The notes below the pieces were generated by a model that did no database searches, was not told where the DNA came from, and saw only the letters and a list, made by a program, of their open reading frames with translations. This document shows, one piece after another, positions 49,750 to 62,793 of a stretch of DNA of 64,000 nucleotides. The position numbers and the translations under genes are program-made. Position 1 is the first letter of the stretch, and every line of letters starts with the position of its first letter. The DNA comes from Cyanophora paradoxa CCMP329. Lineage: Eukaryota; Plantae; Glaucophyta. The stretch spans positions 290,756 through 354,755 of the forward strand of contig QPMI01000101.1 in assembly GCA_004431415.1 (NCBI GenBank), written 5' to 3'.

Positions 49750-52700
49750 CTAGCTCGGGGGATGGCTAGAGGGGCGTGCGCGAGCCGTTGGGCTCGATTG
49801 CAAGCACCGCGTGCAAGCCAGGAGTATCGGGATCGGCTCTCTCAAAGCGGGGCCGCGGGCGGGGGCGGGGCCGGGGGCGGGGCCGGGGCCGGGGGCGGGG
49901 GCGGGCGGACCGGCGCTAAGGGCAGCGAGCTCGTCGCGCAGGCCGGCCTCGTCCATGCCGAGCTCGGCCCCAGCGCCCCCCGCTCCGCCCGGCCCCACGC
50001 CCGCGTCAGCGCGAACACCTGCCGCGGACGTTCGCTCAAAAGGAAGGGGGGGGGGTTGTTCGTGGGCGGGCGGGCGCGGGCCTCGGCGATCATGCGGAGG
50101 TGCCCGAGGACGATCGGGCTCTCGCTCGCCGCCGCCTGCCGCACCCCCGCGAACCGGCCCCGCCGCACCTGCCCCCCGCCCCCGGCCCCCTCAGAGCCCA
50201 CGAGAGCTAGCGGGCGGGCGCGCGGGCGGGCGGGGCGGACGAGGAGGGGCAGGCGGCGGCGGCAACGGGGCGCCCCGGGCCGAGCGGGCCCCCGCCGAGG
50301 GCCGAGTCGATGGAGCCTCGGGCCCCGCCCCCTCCTCCCCCTCTCCGACGGGCGACCCCTCCGCCGCCCCCGGCGAGCCCCGAACGGGCTGGTCCTGCGG
50401 GCCCACCTGCGCCTCGCCGGACCCGACGCCGCCGCCGCCGCCGCCGCCGCCGTGCGGGTGGCGGCAGGGCGAGCGGGCCCACGGCGAGTCGCCGGCCTGC
50501 GCGGGGCTGCCGCGCGCCGACGGGCCGGCCCGTCGCCGCGCGGGGCTGCGCGCCTCGGGGGCGGGGCTGGGCGCCCCCTCCGCAGACAAGTCTAGGAAGG
50601 GGTGGCGAGCGAGGCCAGGGCTGAGCGGGGCGGGGCGGGGCGGGGAGGGGGCGCAGGGGCCGGCCTCCTCGTCGGGGGCCTCGCGGGCGGTGTCGGGGGC
50701 GGGGGCCTCCTTGAGGGAGCGCACCACCTCGACGGCGAAGCGCGCCGAGGCGGCGATGCGCCGCAGCGCCCCGCCGCTCCCCCGCCGCCCCGTCCCCGCC
50801 GGCGTGAGCGAGAACGAGGCGCGGCGCGAGGAGCCCGGCGTGCCGGCGCCGACGAGGCCGCCGGCGGGCGCGGGGCGGGAGGGAGTGAGGCTGGAGGCCG
50901 GGGAGAGGAGGCCCGAGCCCGAGCCCGAGCCCGAGGAGAGGGCGGCGAAGAGCACGCGCCGCTCCGCCCCCCCGCCTCCGAGCCGCCCCCATCGAGCACG
51001 CCGAGGAGCTCTTGCGCGGGGCCCCGCGCCGGGGCGCCACGCGGAGGGGCCGGGGCAGGCCTCGCCCTCGCCCTCGCAGACGTTGATGGGGGCGCTGGGC
51101 GGGCGCTCCTCGCCGAGGGGGCGGGGGCCCCGGCCGCGAGGCGGCGCAAGGCGAGGTGCGGGGCGGGGCGGGGCGGGCGGGGAGGGGGCGGGCGGCGGGG
51201 CGCGCCCGCGCGTTGAGGTCGACGAGCTGCGCGAGGCGGGGCGAGGGAGAGAGGCGTCGGCAGGGGCGGCCCGGCGCGCGGCGGGCCATGAAGGAGAGGA
51301 AGAGAGCGGCGACGGCGCAGTTGGTCGCCAGCACCGCGAGCGAGAGGCCCCCGCGCAGCCCCTCCCGGCCCCCGCCCCCCGCGCCCCCCACCTGCCCTCC
51401 GTTCCAGAACCGTCTCAGGGTGCTTCAGTTCGAGAAGAACGCAATTTAGTTGGCGAGAATGGTTTCAGTCTTAGAATAGCTCAAGAAGAACTCGGTTTGG
51501 TTAGTTTGAAAATGATCTTATTCGGGGAATAGTTTGGTCTGAAGGTGCGCGTGCTCCCTTCCCTCGGGCGCGGACGCGTGAGGGGAAGAGGGGCGGGGGG
51601 CGCGCGGGCCTGGGCGACGAGCATGGCGCCGAAGTAGGTCCAGGCGACCCCGAGGCACGAGAGCATCTCTGCGCCCGCCCCTCCCCCAGTCGCCCCCCGC
51701 CCCTCGCCCGCGCAGGCGGCGGCGGCGGGGGCGGGGGGCGCACCGAGGCGGTTCTCGAGGCTCTCGCGGTAGGGCCGCACCCAGGCGGCCGCCACCGCGG
51801 AGAGGGCCGAGATGCAGACCCCGGCCGCCGCCTGCGCGCGCGCGTGCCGGGGGCGAGGGGCCGGCTCGGAGGGAGGCGAGGGGAAGAGGGCGGGGGCGGG
51901 GGCGGGGGGCGGGGGGGCGGGCCTGGAGGAGGGGCACGCCGGGCATGAAGACGGAGACGGCGACGAGGGCGAGCTTTCGCGTCATCACCGCCCCCTCGTA
52001 GTAGAAGCAGCGCAGCTTGTACGAGCCCAGCACGAACCCGAAGCGCTCCCGCAGCGCCCCCCGCAGCTCCTCCCGCTTCGTCTGCTCCACCTGCCGCCGA
52101 GGGGCGGGGGCGCGCGGGGGGTCGGGGGCCGTAAGCCGGCGCTGGGCTGAGGAGGGGGAGGGGCGAGGCGGTGGAGAGGGAGGGGCGCGCGCCTCGTACT
52201 TGAGGCGACGCATGGCGCGCCAGAGGAAGAGGACAGAGGCGGCCGGGACGCCGGCGCAGAAGAGCAGCAGCGCCGGCCCCGCCACCAGCGCCCTTCCCCG
52301 CCCCGCCTCGGGGGCCGGCGCCGGTGCGGGGAGGGGCGGAGGGGGCACCGGTGGAGGGCGTAGCGCGGGGAGGCGCAGGAGACGGTGAAGTCGCCGCGCA
52401 GCAGCGCCGCCCCGCCGGCCCCGGGGTCCCCCAGCTGGCGCGAGGCGAGGCGGCGTCGGAGGGCGCCGGCGCGGGCCGCGCGCGGGAGGCACGGCACACG
52501 GAGGCTAGCTCGGGCGGGAGAGGGGGGAGGGGGGGGGGGAAGAGGAGGAAGAGGAGGAGGAGGAGGAGGAAGGGAGGGAAGGGCGGGGCGGGGATGCGGG
52601 CACCTGGAGGCAGTTGAAGGCCTCGAGGACGCGACGGGAGATGGCCGGGTAGCACAGGAACACCACGATCACTGCCGGCACACGTCGGCACCAGCGCGAG

Positions 52701-52957
52701 GCGCCGCCGGGGCCCCCTGCGCTGCCACGGGGTCGGGGCTGCCGCGCGCGCACCCGTCTCGGCGCGCAGGCGGCGGTAGAGGGGCGAGGCGAGGAGGCCG
52801 CGGGGCGCTCCGGCCGCCGCGCACGCCACGCAGTCGCACGGCGGGGCCTCCGTGGGGGGGCCCACTCCGTGGGGCCAGGGAGCGGGCCGTCGTGGCGGGC
52901 CCGGCGTGGCGCAGGTCGGGGACGAGGGGAGGCGTAGGCGGCGACGCGGCGGGAGAG

Positions 52958-53003
<46 letters not shown>

Positions 53004-56000
53004 GCGAGGCGGGCGGCGGCGAAGAGGGCGATGATGATGAAGGGGAGGGCCACGAACACCAGCAGGACCTCCAGCTGGTCCCTGCGCCCCCGGCCCCGCC
53101 CCTCACCCGCCGCGAGCCGCCCGCTCTGCTTAGGCAGAGGCCGCCGGGGCGTGGGGGCGTGGGGGCGGGGGGGCGGGGGCGGGGCGGACAGCTCGAGGAA
53201 GCACTTGAGCTGGGAGGCGCCGATGCCGCCGGAGAGGGCGAGGCCCTGGCCCGTCATGATCGACCGCACCCGCGACTCCAGCCCGTCCGGGATGTCTGCC
53301 CCCGCCCCGCCCCGGCCCCGCCCGTTCGGGAGGGAGAAGCGGGGGGCCGGGGGCGGAGGGGCGGGGCGGACCGGCGGCGAGGGAGTTGAGCTGGAGGAAG
53401 GAGACGAGGATCTTCCCCGTCGTGCTGAAGCGCGACGTCGGCCGCTGCCCCCCCGCCCCCTCACATGGCGGCCCCGCGGCGGCGGGGCGGGGCGGCGCGG
53501 CGCGGGGCGCGGGGGCGCGCCCTGGCGAGCTGGGGGAGGACGAGGAGCACGCAGGCGAACGCCAGCGCCGTCATCACCGCCCCCGCGTACCCCGCCGAGC
53601 CCCGCGCCGGGCACTCTGGGGGGGAGCGGGTCACAAGAGGGGCGGGGGCGTGGGCTGGCGGTGGGGGCACGCGCCGAGGCAGGCGTGGTGCGCGCGGAAG
53701 TAGCCCGGGGCGCAGGCGCCGCAGAGGAAGCCGGTGTACCCGGGGGCGCACCCCTCCGGCGCGCACGCGGCGTAGGCGCACGAGCCGTTGCCGCCGCTGC
53801 CGTCGCCGCAGCCGCCGCCGCCGCCCTCGCCGCGGCCGGGCAGCTGGCGGAGGGCGGGGACGGGGCCGGCGGCGAGGGGCACCCGACGCAGGCGCTCGCC
53901 TCGAGGCACTGCATGAAGGAGAGGCCGACCGGCGGCAGCGCAGGCTCCTCCCCGCCGGCCTCGCCGTCCTCGTCGCCAGGAGAGGAGGGGAGGGGGGACT
54001 GGAAGGCGCCAGAAGCCGTCGAGGGCGCGCACGCCGGCGGCCGTGCCCGCGGTGGGGGCCCGGGGCACCACGCCCCCGCGGGCACGGCAAGCAGGCCGCC
54101 CCCTCGGCGGCGAGCGGGAGCGGGCCGCGCGAGTAGAAGCCGGCGGCGCAGGCGCAGAGGGCCGCCGAGGCCTCCGCCGCGCCCGTGGCGACGCTGTTGG
54201 GCGGGCAGCGCTCGCAGCCCGTCGCCCCGGGGCGAGCGAGTACTCGTTGGGGCGGCAGGCGAGGCAGGGGATGGCGGCGGGGCGGTGCTGGAAGCTCGCC
54301 GGGGGCAGGGCTGGCAGGCGGGAGGCCGCGGGAGGCGGCGGCGCTCCCGGGGCGGCAGAGGGCGCACGCCGCCGACCCGCTGCCCGCCCGAAGCTCCCCA
54401 GCCCGCCCGCCCCGGCGAGGGCCGAGGGGAGAGAGCGAGGCGCGGCGAGGCGCGAGCGCACCCGCACGGGACGCAGCCCGTGCTGCCGGCCTTCTCCGCG
54501 AAGGAGCCGGGGGGGCAGGGCAGGCAGGCGCGCCCGGGGCCGGCGGCGAAGGTGCCGGGGGCGCACGGCTGGCACCCGGCCTCGGGTCCAGGCGGCGCCC
54601 GGGGGGCACGTCTCCGGCAGGAGCGCCCGCAGCGCGCCGCAGGCGGGGACGGCGAGGGCGGGGGCCGGCAGCGGGGCGAGGCGGCCGGCGCGGGCCTCGA
54701 GCAGCTCGACGGAGCGGAGGCCCTGCGTGCAGCGCGCGAAGCCCGAGGCCGGGGCGGCGGGGTCGACGAAGGGGCCCACGGGGGTCCCTCGAGGCTGAAG
54801 AGGCCGACGGCGTACACGGCCCCGCGGCGTCCCGCAAGGGCCCCGCGGGTGCGCCTGCTCGACGGCGCCGTGCACGAGCGCGGCGGCGGCGTAGCCCTCG
54901 AGCGCCGCCTGCGTGCCCCCGCCCCGCTCCCCCTCGGGGAGCAGCGCCAGGTCGGCCGCGAGCGCCCCCGCGAGGCCGCTCGCGCCCCCGGCGAACGGCA
55001 AGGGGGCCGAGAGCACGAGGGGCGCGGGGAGCGGGCGAGGGCGGCGGCGAGCTCGGCCGGCTCGCCGGCGGGGAGAGGGCGAGGACGAGGCCGGCCCCGG
55101 CGGCGGCGGCGGCGGCGGCGAGGCGGAGGGCGAGGGGCCGCGGCGAGCACGAGGACGGGCGCCCCGGCGGCGGGCGAGGCGGCGAGCACGGCGGCGGCGG
55201 CGTCGGCCTCGGAGGCGCCCGGGGGGACGGGGTGGAAGAGGGGCTCGGCCCAGCCCTGAGAGCGCGCGACGAGGCGCGCCGCGAAGCGCCGCGCCCGTCC
55301 GAAGGCCTCCTCCGAGTAGAGCGCCACGGGCCGCGGCCCGGGGGCGCCGGCGGCCGCGGCGAAGGAGCGGGCGTGCTTCAGCAGGGCCCACACCTGGCCT
55401 CGAGATGAGAGAGGCGGGGCGCAGCGCCGGGCGTGCCCGCCGAGGCGGCGCGGCGGCGGCCCCTCTATCCCCCAGCCACGCTCTAGCCCCACTCCACTGG
55501 TCTCTAGCCTCTGGGCTAGCCACGAGCGGGGAAGGGGCAGAGGGCGGGCAGGCTCCAGCCGCGGGGGCCGCACCTCGTCGTCGGCAGAGGCGCGGAGGTG
55601 GAGCACGTGCCGCGGGGGCGGCGCCCCCTCCGCCGTCCCCTCGTCGGGCTCGTCCCGGGCCCCGGCGTGGGGCGCCAGCAGGGGCACCCCGGCAGCGGCG
55701 GCGACGGCGGCGGCCGCCTCGCGCGCCGCGTCGCTCGTGGCGCCGAGGAGGGCGACGGCGCCGAACTCGGCCACCAGGCGCCGCGCGTTGGCCGCCGCCC
55801 GCGGGCCCTCGCCCCCGTCGTCCAGCGCCACAACGTAGACCCGCCGCCCCTGCCGCCCCGCCCCGCCCCGTCAGCCGGCCCCGCCCGCATCGCACGGAGG
55901 CGGGGGGCGGGGCGCGGGAATCGCACGGCGGTGCCCTCGACCCTGCGGTTCTCGCACGCCTGGCGCTCGCCCGCGTGAGCGGGCGGGGCGGGGGGAAGCG

Positions 56001-57975
56001 GAGAAGGGAGGGAGGGAGAGGGCGGAGGAGGGACCGCGCAGGTCGGCGGTGAGGCCGACGGTGAGGAAGCGCTCGGCGAGGGGCCCCGCGGCGGCGCCCC
56101 CGAGGGAGAAGGCGGGGACGGGGGCCGCGAGGGCCGCCTCGACGGCGGCGCCGGCGGCGCGCAGGCGGAAGACGTGCACGGAGGAGAGGCCCTCGTTGCG
56201 GCGGCAGGCTCCCGGGGCGGGCGGCTCGGGCTCGCCGGCGGGGCAGGAGCGGGAGTAGGGCCCGATGGAGAGGCCGCCGACGCGGAAGAGGCCGGAGCCC
56301 TCGAAGCCCAGCGGCGCGTACACCGCCTCCAGCAGCGCCCCCCGCGCCCCCGCCGGCCCCGCGGCGGCCGAGGCGGCGGGCACGCGGCGGAGGGCCTGCA
56401 CGAGGAGCTCGCCGGCGAGGAAGGCCTCAAAGGAGAGGAACGAGGGGGCGGCGGCGGGGCCCTCGCGCGCCCGCAGCGCCGCCGCGTAGCGGGCGACGGC
56501 GGGGGCGGCGGGGTCCAGCGGGGACGGCACCGCCGACGTCACGAAGGCCCGGTCGAAGGCGCCCAGGCCGTACCCCGCCAGCGCCGAGTAGAAGGCGCGG
56601 TGCTCCAGCACCGAGACTGGGGTGCGCGCGTCGCTCGGAGGGGGAGGGTACGGGGCTCGGAGGCAGCAGGGTGATGGGCACGGGCGAGGAACCACGGGAG
56701 GGGGGCGCTGAGGGCGGAGAAGACTTGGACGGCCCGCGCCGCCGCCTGCGCCGCCCCGCACACCGTCGACGTCAGAGCCGCCCGTGCCCGGCGCGCGGGG
56801 GCGCGCGTACCCCGTAGGTGGCTCCCAGGAGGACGACCTGGGGGAGGTCGGCGGCGAGGAGGGCGACCGCGCCGTCGACGTCGTCGGTGTTGCGGGGGAA
56901 GGGGGCGGCGGAGGCGGGGCGGAGGCCGCGGCGCGCGAGGGCGGCGCGGGCGGCCTCGAGGACGGCCTCCCCAAAGGCGTCGGCCTGGTAGAGGACCGAG
57001 ACCCGCGCCGCCTGCAGCCCGTCCAGCGCGAACCTGCGCGAGCGGAGTGAGCCGAGGTCGGCCGGGCCGCGCGAGCTTTAAAGCTCGGCCACGGCTCTCG
57101 CTGGCCGAGGGGGCAGCTTTTGGGAGGGGGCGGCGGGGGCGGACGCGATGGCGGCCTCGCCCTCGTCGTCGTAGCGGGGCCGCAGGTGCACGGCCAGCGC
57201 GTTGAAGGGCTCCCGCCCCACCCCCGCCGCCCCCGTCACCGGCCCTGCCCCGCACCCGCTCGCCACCGCGCCGCTCGGCGCGGCGGCGGCGCCGGGGCGC
57301 GCGCACCGAAGAAAGGGGCGCCGGCTTCGGAGGCGACGGCGAGGGCGGCGGCGGCGGGGAGGGTCCCGAGGCTGGCGTCCGCGGGGCGCGGGTGAGCAGG
57401 GGCCGCGTCGAGGGGCAGGGTGCCGGGGGCGGGCGGGGGCCGGGCGGACCAGGCGACGAAGCCGAGGGCGCCGGAGGCGAGGAGGGCGCCGGCGTTGCTG
57501 GCGGCGCGCGCCGGGTCGTAGCCGTCGTCCAGCGCCGCGAGGCTCACGTTCCCGAAGGCCCCCGCCCCGCCCTCCGCGTTCGCGAGCGCGAAGCTCGCCT
57601 CGACGCCCCGCCTGCGCCCTCGGGCGGGGCGAGGTCGGACTCGGCGGGGGGCCGGGGGCGCGCGGGGAGCGGCTCCGACTCGGCGGGCGCACCGCAGCTC
57701 GAGGCCGAGGTCCCTCGTGGCCCCCGAGAAGGCGGCCGACTGCGCGGCGCCGCGCCGTCAGCGGCGATCGAGCTCGAGGCCGTGTGCATATGTCCCGGCC
57801 GCACCTGCCCGAAAAGAACCGCCGCGCCGACGTGGGGCCAGATCGCCGCGAGGAGAGCCAAGGTGCCGATCCATGGAGGCCGCTCTCGCAGCCGGAGCTG
57901 GAGCTGTTGCAGTCGCGATCTCCGCGACGCAGCTGCAGGCGGACCAGCGCAGCGCGGCAAAATTGCGATCGCCAT
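49750..57975 (-). CDS. Large membrane receptor-like protein: signal peptide, two type-I periplasmic-binding (Venus flytrap) modules, Cys-rich GCC2/GCC3-like repeats, ~7-TM domain
   Basis: Signal-like ..TLALLAAIWPHVGA-AVLFGQ; two LDDG motifs (LDDGYDPARAASN, LDDGGEGPRAAANARRLV) each followed by HLR(PRY/ASA)DDE; CQPCAPGTF, CLPCPPGSF, CAPGYTGFLCGACAPGYF; TM motifs KILVSFLQ, FLCYPAISRRVLEAFNC, RFGFVLGSYKLRCFYYEGAVMTRKL, RPYRESLENRLE. Several apparent frameshifts; 3' end uncertain. Confidence 0.75.
51424..51543. mobile_element. 120-bp AT-rich intronic insertion
   Basis: Flanked by GGTGC direct repeats (51419-51423, 51544-51548); TTCAG...CTGAA termini; made of two diverged ~52-bp units. Confidence 0.45.
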
Positions 57976-58889
57976 GAGGCAGCAGGTCACATGCTGTGAC
58001 CAGTATGGCAGCGCCGGAGCCGCGGTTGTGCAGCTGCTGTTGCTACTGCGCTGCGGCTGATGTCAGCGTACGTATACGGCGCTGCTCGTGAGATCTCGCT
58101 CGGGATTCCGGAATCGAACTGTAACCGCTCTGAGACGAGGGCTGTGAGCTGTGATCATAAGTCGCGTCGCGCTGCTTGTGCATACGCCGCGATATCGATT
58201 GCAACCGAGTTGCCCCTTCATGGCTTCATGCCGGAAAATCCGGATCCGAGGGAAGCGGCTGCGGTGCTGCCGCAAGCGCTCTCGTACCACAGAGTCGACG
58301 TCGCTGCAGCCTGCATGTCCCAGTGTAACGCTCAGCGGCTGCGCATGCGCATGAGCTGAGCCTCGCGCCGGCTCGGCGCCGAGTCGGCGGCCTTGAGCTT
58401 TGCTTCGCCGGCGCTTGCTTCCCGCGAGTCCCTTACCACCAAAACTGAAGTACCCCATCTTCGAATTCATTAATTAAGCTAAAGTTAGAGCTAGATATTA
58501 AATAATATATTTCAAGCTACGTATACGTACATTTATGTTTACGTTTTATCATAAACAAATTATAATTGCACGTCGCAATTATATAAAAGCATTAAGAGTT
58601 ATGCCATGATGGGCCTCTCGATGCTGGGCCATTGCCGGCGGCGGAACGAGGAACGACGGGCGTCGATATCGATTCGCCGTCGAAGCGAGGGAGCAGCTGC
58701 AGTTTACACAAGATCTAAAGCTGCAAAGAACGAGTACAAGTGGCCGGGCCGGCTCACGGGGGGAAGCAGCGCTAGCGGCGGGGCTGCGAGGGGGTGCCGA
58801 AAGGGGGGAGAAGCGGGGTGATGGGAGGGCGGAGGGGAAGGGGAAGGCGGGGCGGGCGGAGGAGAGGGGTCGCCTGGGCGCAGGGGCCC

Positions 58890-61800
58890 CTAGTCCTCGC
58901 CCTCGGAGCCTGCCTCCTCCAGCTTGTAGTTGGAGCTGCGCGCGGCGCGCGTGAGGGGCGCGGTGCAGGGGCGGGGGGGCGGGGCGGGGCGGACGGCTGG
59001 TCGGAGTAGATGTCGAGCTGGGTGCGGGGGATGATGGGCCCGCCCCCGTAGCACTTGTGGAAGATCTCCCAGACGCGCCGGTTGACGCCGCGGTAGTCGC
59101 GGGCCTTCTGCAGGCCGGGCTTGACTTGCCCGTTGGGGAGGAGGAGGCGCTCGTTGGAGATGGGGCCGGGGCGGGCGGCGCGCGAGTCGGCCTCGAGGGC
59201 GAACTCTCGCCACTGGTTGAGCCAGCGGGCGTCGATGATGAACCAGCAGTCGCCCTGGTCGATGAACGTCCGGTCGCTCTCCTGGATCATCTTCTTCTCG
59301 TACTCCCGCTGCCGCCGCACCGCCTTCTGCTCCTCCACGCACGCCACGCACTCGCTCAGCTCCTTCACCGCCGGTCCGCCCCCGTACGTCGCCGCCAGCA
59401 GCTCGTACGCCGAGCGCGGGATCTCGCGGGTGCGCTGCTTGAGGATCTGCACGCCCGTCGGGTCCTCCTCGCTAGCGTACGCCGCGAAGCGCTGCAGGTC
59501 CACCCCCCGGTGGTGGCACAGGAATTCGTAGTTGTTGATCGGGCCCGGGTCGCTGCGCCGCGCCGCGCCCGCTCAGAGGCCGGGGCGGGCGCGGGGGGCG
59601 GGGCGGGGGGCGGGGCGGGGGGCGGGGCGGGGGCGGGGCGGACCAGAGGGAGAGGAACTTGGAGTACCAGTACTGGGAGAGGACGTTCTTGGGCTCCTGC
59701 TGGAGGTCGCGGATCTGCTGGACGATGCGCTTGCGGAGGCGCGTCGTCGTCGTCGCCGGGCGCTTCTTGTAGAAGAGCATGTACGCCTCCGCCCGCGCCA
59801 CCTCCTCCCGCGTCGTCGGGTGCACCTGGCTGTCGTCGTACTCGTACCACTTGTTCGTCAGGAAGTTCTTGCACATCGCCGTGTAGTGCCCGCCTGGCGC
59901 GCCCCGCCCGTCACCGCCGGCCCGGCGCCGGCAGCGACGCCGCGCGCACCGTTGAGCATCCCGTGGTGCTGGACCATGCTGACGAGGTCGTACTTGAACG
60001 ACGTCGACCTGCGTGGCGCGCGAGGGCGGCGCGTCGGCCCGCCGCCCCGCGACCGGAAAGCGGGGCGGGCAGGGAGAGAAGCGGGGCGCGGGGCGGCGCA
60101 CTTGGTGTTCTTCTGGCAGAAGGGCCGCATGTCGAGCTCCTCGATGGGGAAGGCGACGTGGTTGCTGAGCTTCGAGCCGAAGAGCGAGTCGTAGCGGAAG
60201 CGCTTGATGTGCACGACGAGAACCTGCGATGACGATGAGCGTGGGGCGAGGCGGGCGGCCTGGCGGGGCGGGGCGGGGTGCGCACCTCGGGGAGCTTGAC
60301 TATGGTGAGGCGCTTGGTGGCCTCGTTGACGGACTTGCAGTTCTCGCAGCGGTACTTGTCGTCCCCGGTGAGCTCCTCGGTCGAGCAGAAGGCGTGGAGG
60401 CAGTCCTGCAGCGTCACCGCCTTGTTCTTGTCCGCCCTGCCGAAGAGCGACGAGGACGCCGAGGAGGAGGCCCGGCCCGGGGGCGACGAGGGGGACGGTG
60501 GTGAGCCGCGCACGGGCGAGGCGGCGGGGCCCAGCGGGGGAAGCGTGCCCCCCTCCCCGCCCCACTCCCCGGCCCCCGCCTCCGACTGCGCTGCCGCCAC
60601 TGTCCCGCGCTTGTCTTTGTTTGATCCCCTAGGGGCGAAACGACATATCAGAGCGCCTCGTGCGGTCGCCCGGGCCTAGCGCCCCCCGCTCCGTTCCGTT
60701 CCGGGCCCCCTAGGTGCCGGCCCCGGGGCGGGGCGGGGGCGCACGTAAACCAGCCGGAGATGGTGGTGAGTAGGCCGGTGCCGCGGGTGCCCTCCTTGCT
60801 CGAGCCGGCGGTGGAGCTCATCGAGGAGGTCGGCGTCGTGCTGCCCTTCTCCGTTGCGATCTTCTGCCGCTGCTTCTTCGTCGGCATCGACACCGACAGC
60901 TCGTACACCTCGTCCACCTTCGCCGACACCTGCCCCCCGACCCTCAGCCTCCCGCTTGCCTCAGGGTTGAGCGCCGGCGGCCGCGCCTTCTTGCAGCTGA
61001 GGCACGTGACCTCGCTGAGGATCGTCCCCTCGAAGATGTCGGAAATGACGCTCACGACCTGCTTCTGCGGCGGCTTCGGCTGCTGCGCCTGCTGCTGCCC
61101 GTTCCCCCGCCCGTTCGCCGCTGCCCGTTGATCAGCGCGGGCAGGGGCGCGCGAGGGCGGGGTTCGGGGCTGGGACGGCGTACAGTCGGTGGGTGACTCG
61201 TTGCCGAGTCCCGACGATGGCTTCTTCCCCGTCTTACTTTTCCGCTGGAGGCTCGAGAGGCTGGAGGAGGAAGAGGAGTTGGAGGAGTTGTCCAGCAGGG
61301 GCGTGACGGACGGCGCTGCGGCGGGACTGAGCGACGCGCGGCGCGAAGGGATGGAAGGCGGGGGGCACGCACGGGCCATCGGCTCGTCGGGTCGCAGCGG
61401 CAGCTCCATCTTTAGCTCCTCGTGCAACGCGCTCAGGAGGCAGCGCAGAAACTCCTGCGAGTCTTGCTGCCCGTATCCGCGGAACTGCGAGTTCAGCTGG
61501 AAGATGTCCCGAACGATCTGGTTTGGCGCCAGCGTCCGCCTGCCGGGGAGCGCGCGGTCAGCGCCGGCGGGCGCGCAGAAGGCAGAAGACCGAGGAAAAA
61601 CGGATGCGCACTGCTTCCCTCCCCACATCAGCTGCATGAGCTCCGCGAAATGCTGAACGATGCCGCTCCTCTTCCCGTCGCCCTTGTCGGACTGACGTGG
61701 AACGTACAGCAGCGCGTACTTCCGGAAGAACTTGTTCAGTGGCCTCAGGTTGCTCAGTGCCTGCAATGCCGCGTTCAAGTAGCACGTGTTGCCGAGGTTC

Positions 61801-62676
61801 GTGAGGCCGCAAAGTCCTGTGACGCGCAAGGGGCGCAGTCAGCGGCGGCAAGGCGCCTTATGGCCGACTCGCCGCATCGCGGCCGGCAGCGCGGACCCCG
61901 CTGCGTGCGGATGTTCTTGCGTTGGCTCCTTTCGTCCTCGTCCAGTTCCGAATCGTCCTCTTCAGAGTCGTTCATCTCGTCCGATGGCGCGTCTTCGCCC
62001 TCTTGCTGCTCGGGCGGCTGCGGGAGCGTGAGATCACACGGCGGAACAATTGAACAACAAATCGCAGTTTCGCGCACCCTGGACGGGTCGAGCATGAGCC
62101 GGAGCTCCTTGAGAAGAAGCACATTCGTCGAGGCGCCGGTCACAGCGCGGTTTCGATCGTTGTCCACGTTGTGGTCGATATCCTCGACGATTTCATCGTC
62201 GCAGCCGTAACACCATACCTGCCTGCTGTAGATGTTCACGCAAACCGCGTGGGCCTGAAGGCAGGAAGGGGTTAGCTGGCATCGGGGCGCCGGCCAGACG
62301 ACCTGCGGGCGAAGTCTACCTTATCGGATTGCTCATAGTGGTGCAGGGAGTGCTTGTTGAGCGAGCGGCCACACGAGAACTGATCGCACTGCGTAATGGG
62401 AGGCACATTCCAGGTCAGGCGGGGTGGCGTGCCGGGGGTTCTAGCGCACGTGAAGACAGGCCCAGATGTCGTGAGTCGTCGTGTTGCAGGAGCTACAGGC
62501 GACCGACTTGTTGCGCAGCTCCTCCTGCACACCAGTTAGGGCGGGATGCGACGGGGCGCGCGCTTCGCGACGCGGTCGCTGGATTCAGAGCCGCCGCGAA
62601 CCTGGAACGGCTCCCCGAACTTGCGGACAAGGGACTGGAGAGCTACGGACTGCAGATGCGGGCACGGACCCAGCAT
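58890..62676 (-). CDS. Ubiquitin-specific protease of USP20/USP33 architecture (ZnF-UBP, USP catalytic domain, two DUSP domains)
   Basis: CPHL...CSSC..IWACL..CGR..HSLHH..VWCYGCD; Cys box GLTNLGNTCYLNAALQAL; QQDSQEFL; YRCENCK; His box HHG..|GHYTA..WYEYDDS; DUSP motifs GPINN and PGPISN..YGGGP. Confidence 0.92.
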
Positions 62677-62793
62677 GATGCAGCGGTAGGGCGGCGATAG
62701 TACAGTCTGTCCGACCGCCGCTCTCGCCGAGCGCTCGCCCGCGACAGCGCGCCAGAGAGGCCCTCTGAGGCCAGCTGAGGGGGGTACGCAGCG

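Noticed and set aside
52505-55895. Very long ORFs (742-1108 aa) on both strands
   Set aside because: Artefacts of very high GC. Real coding sequence switches frames across introns, and the + strand ORFs are shadows of the minus-strand receptor.
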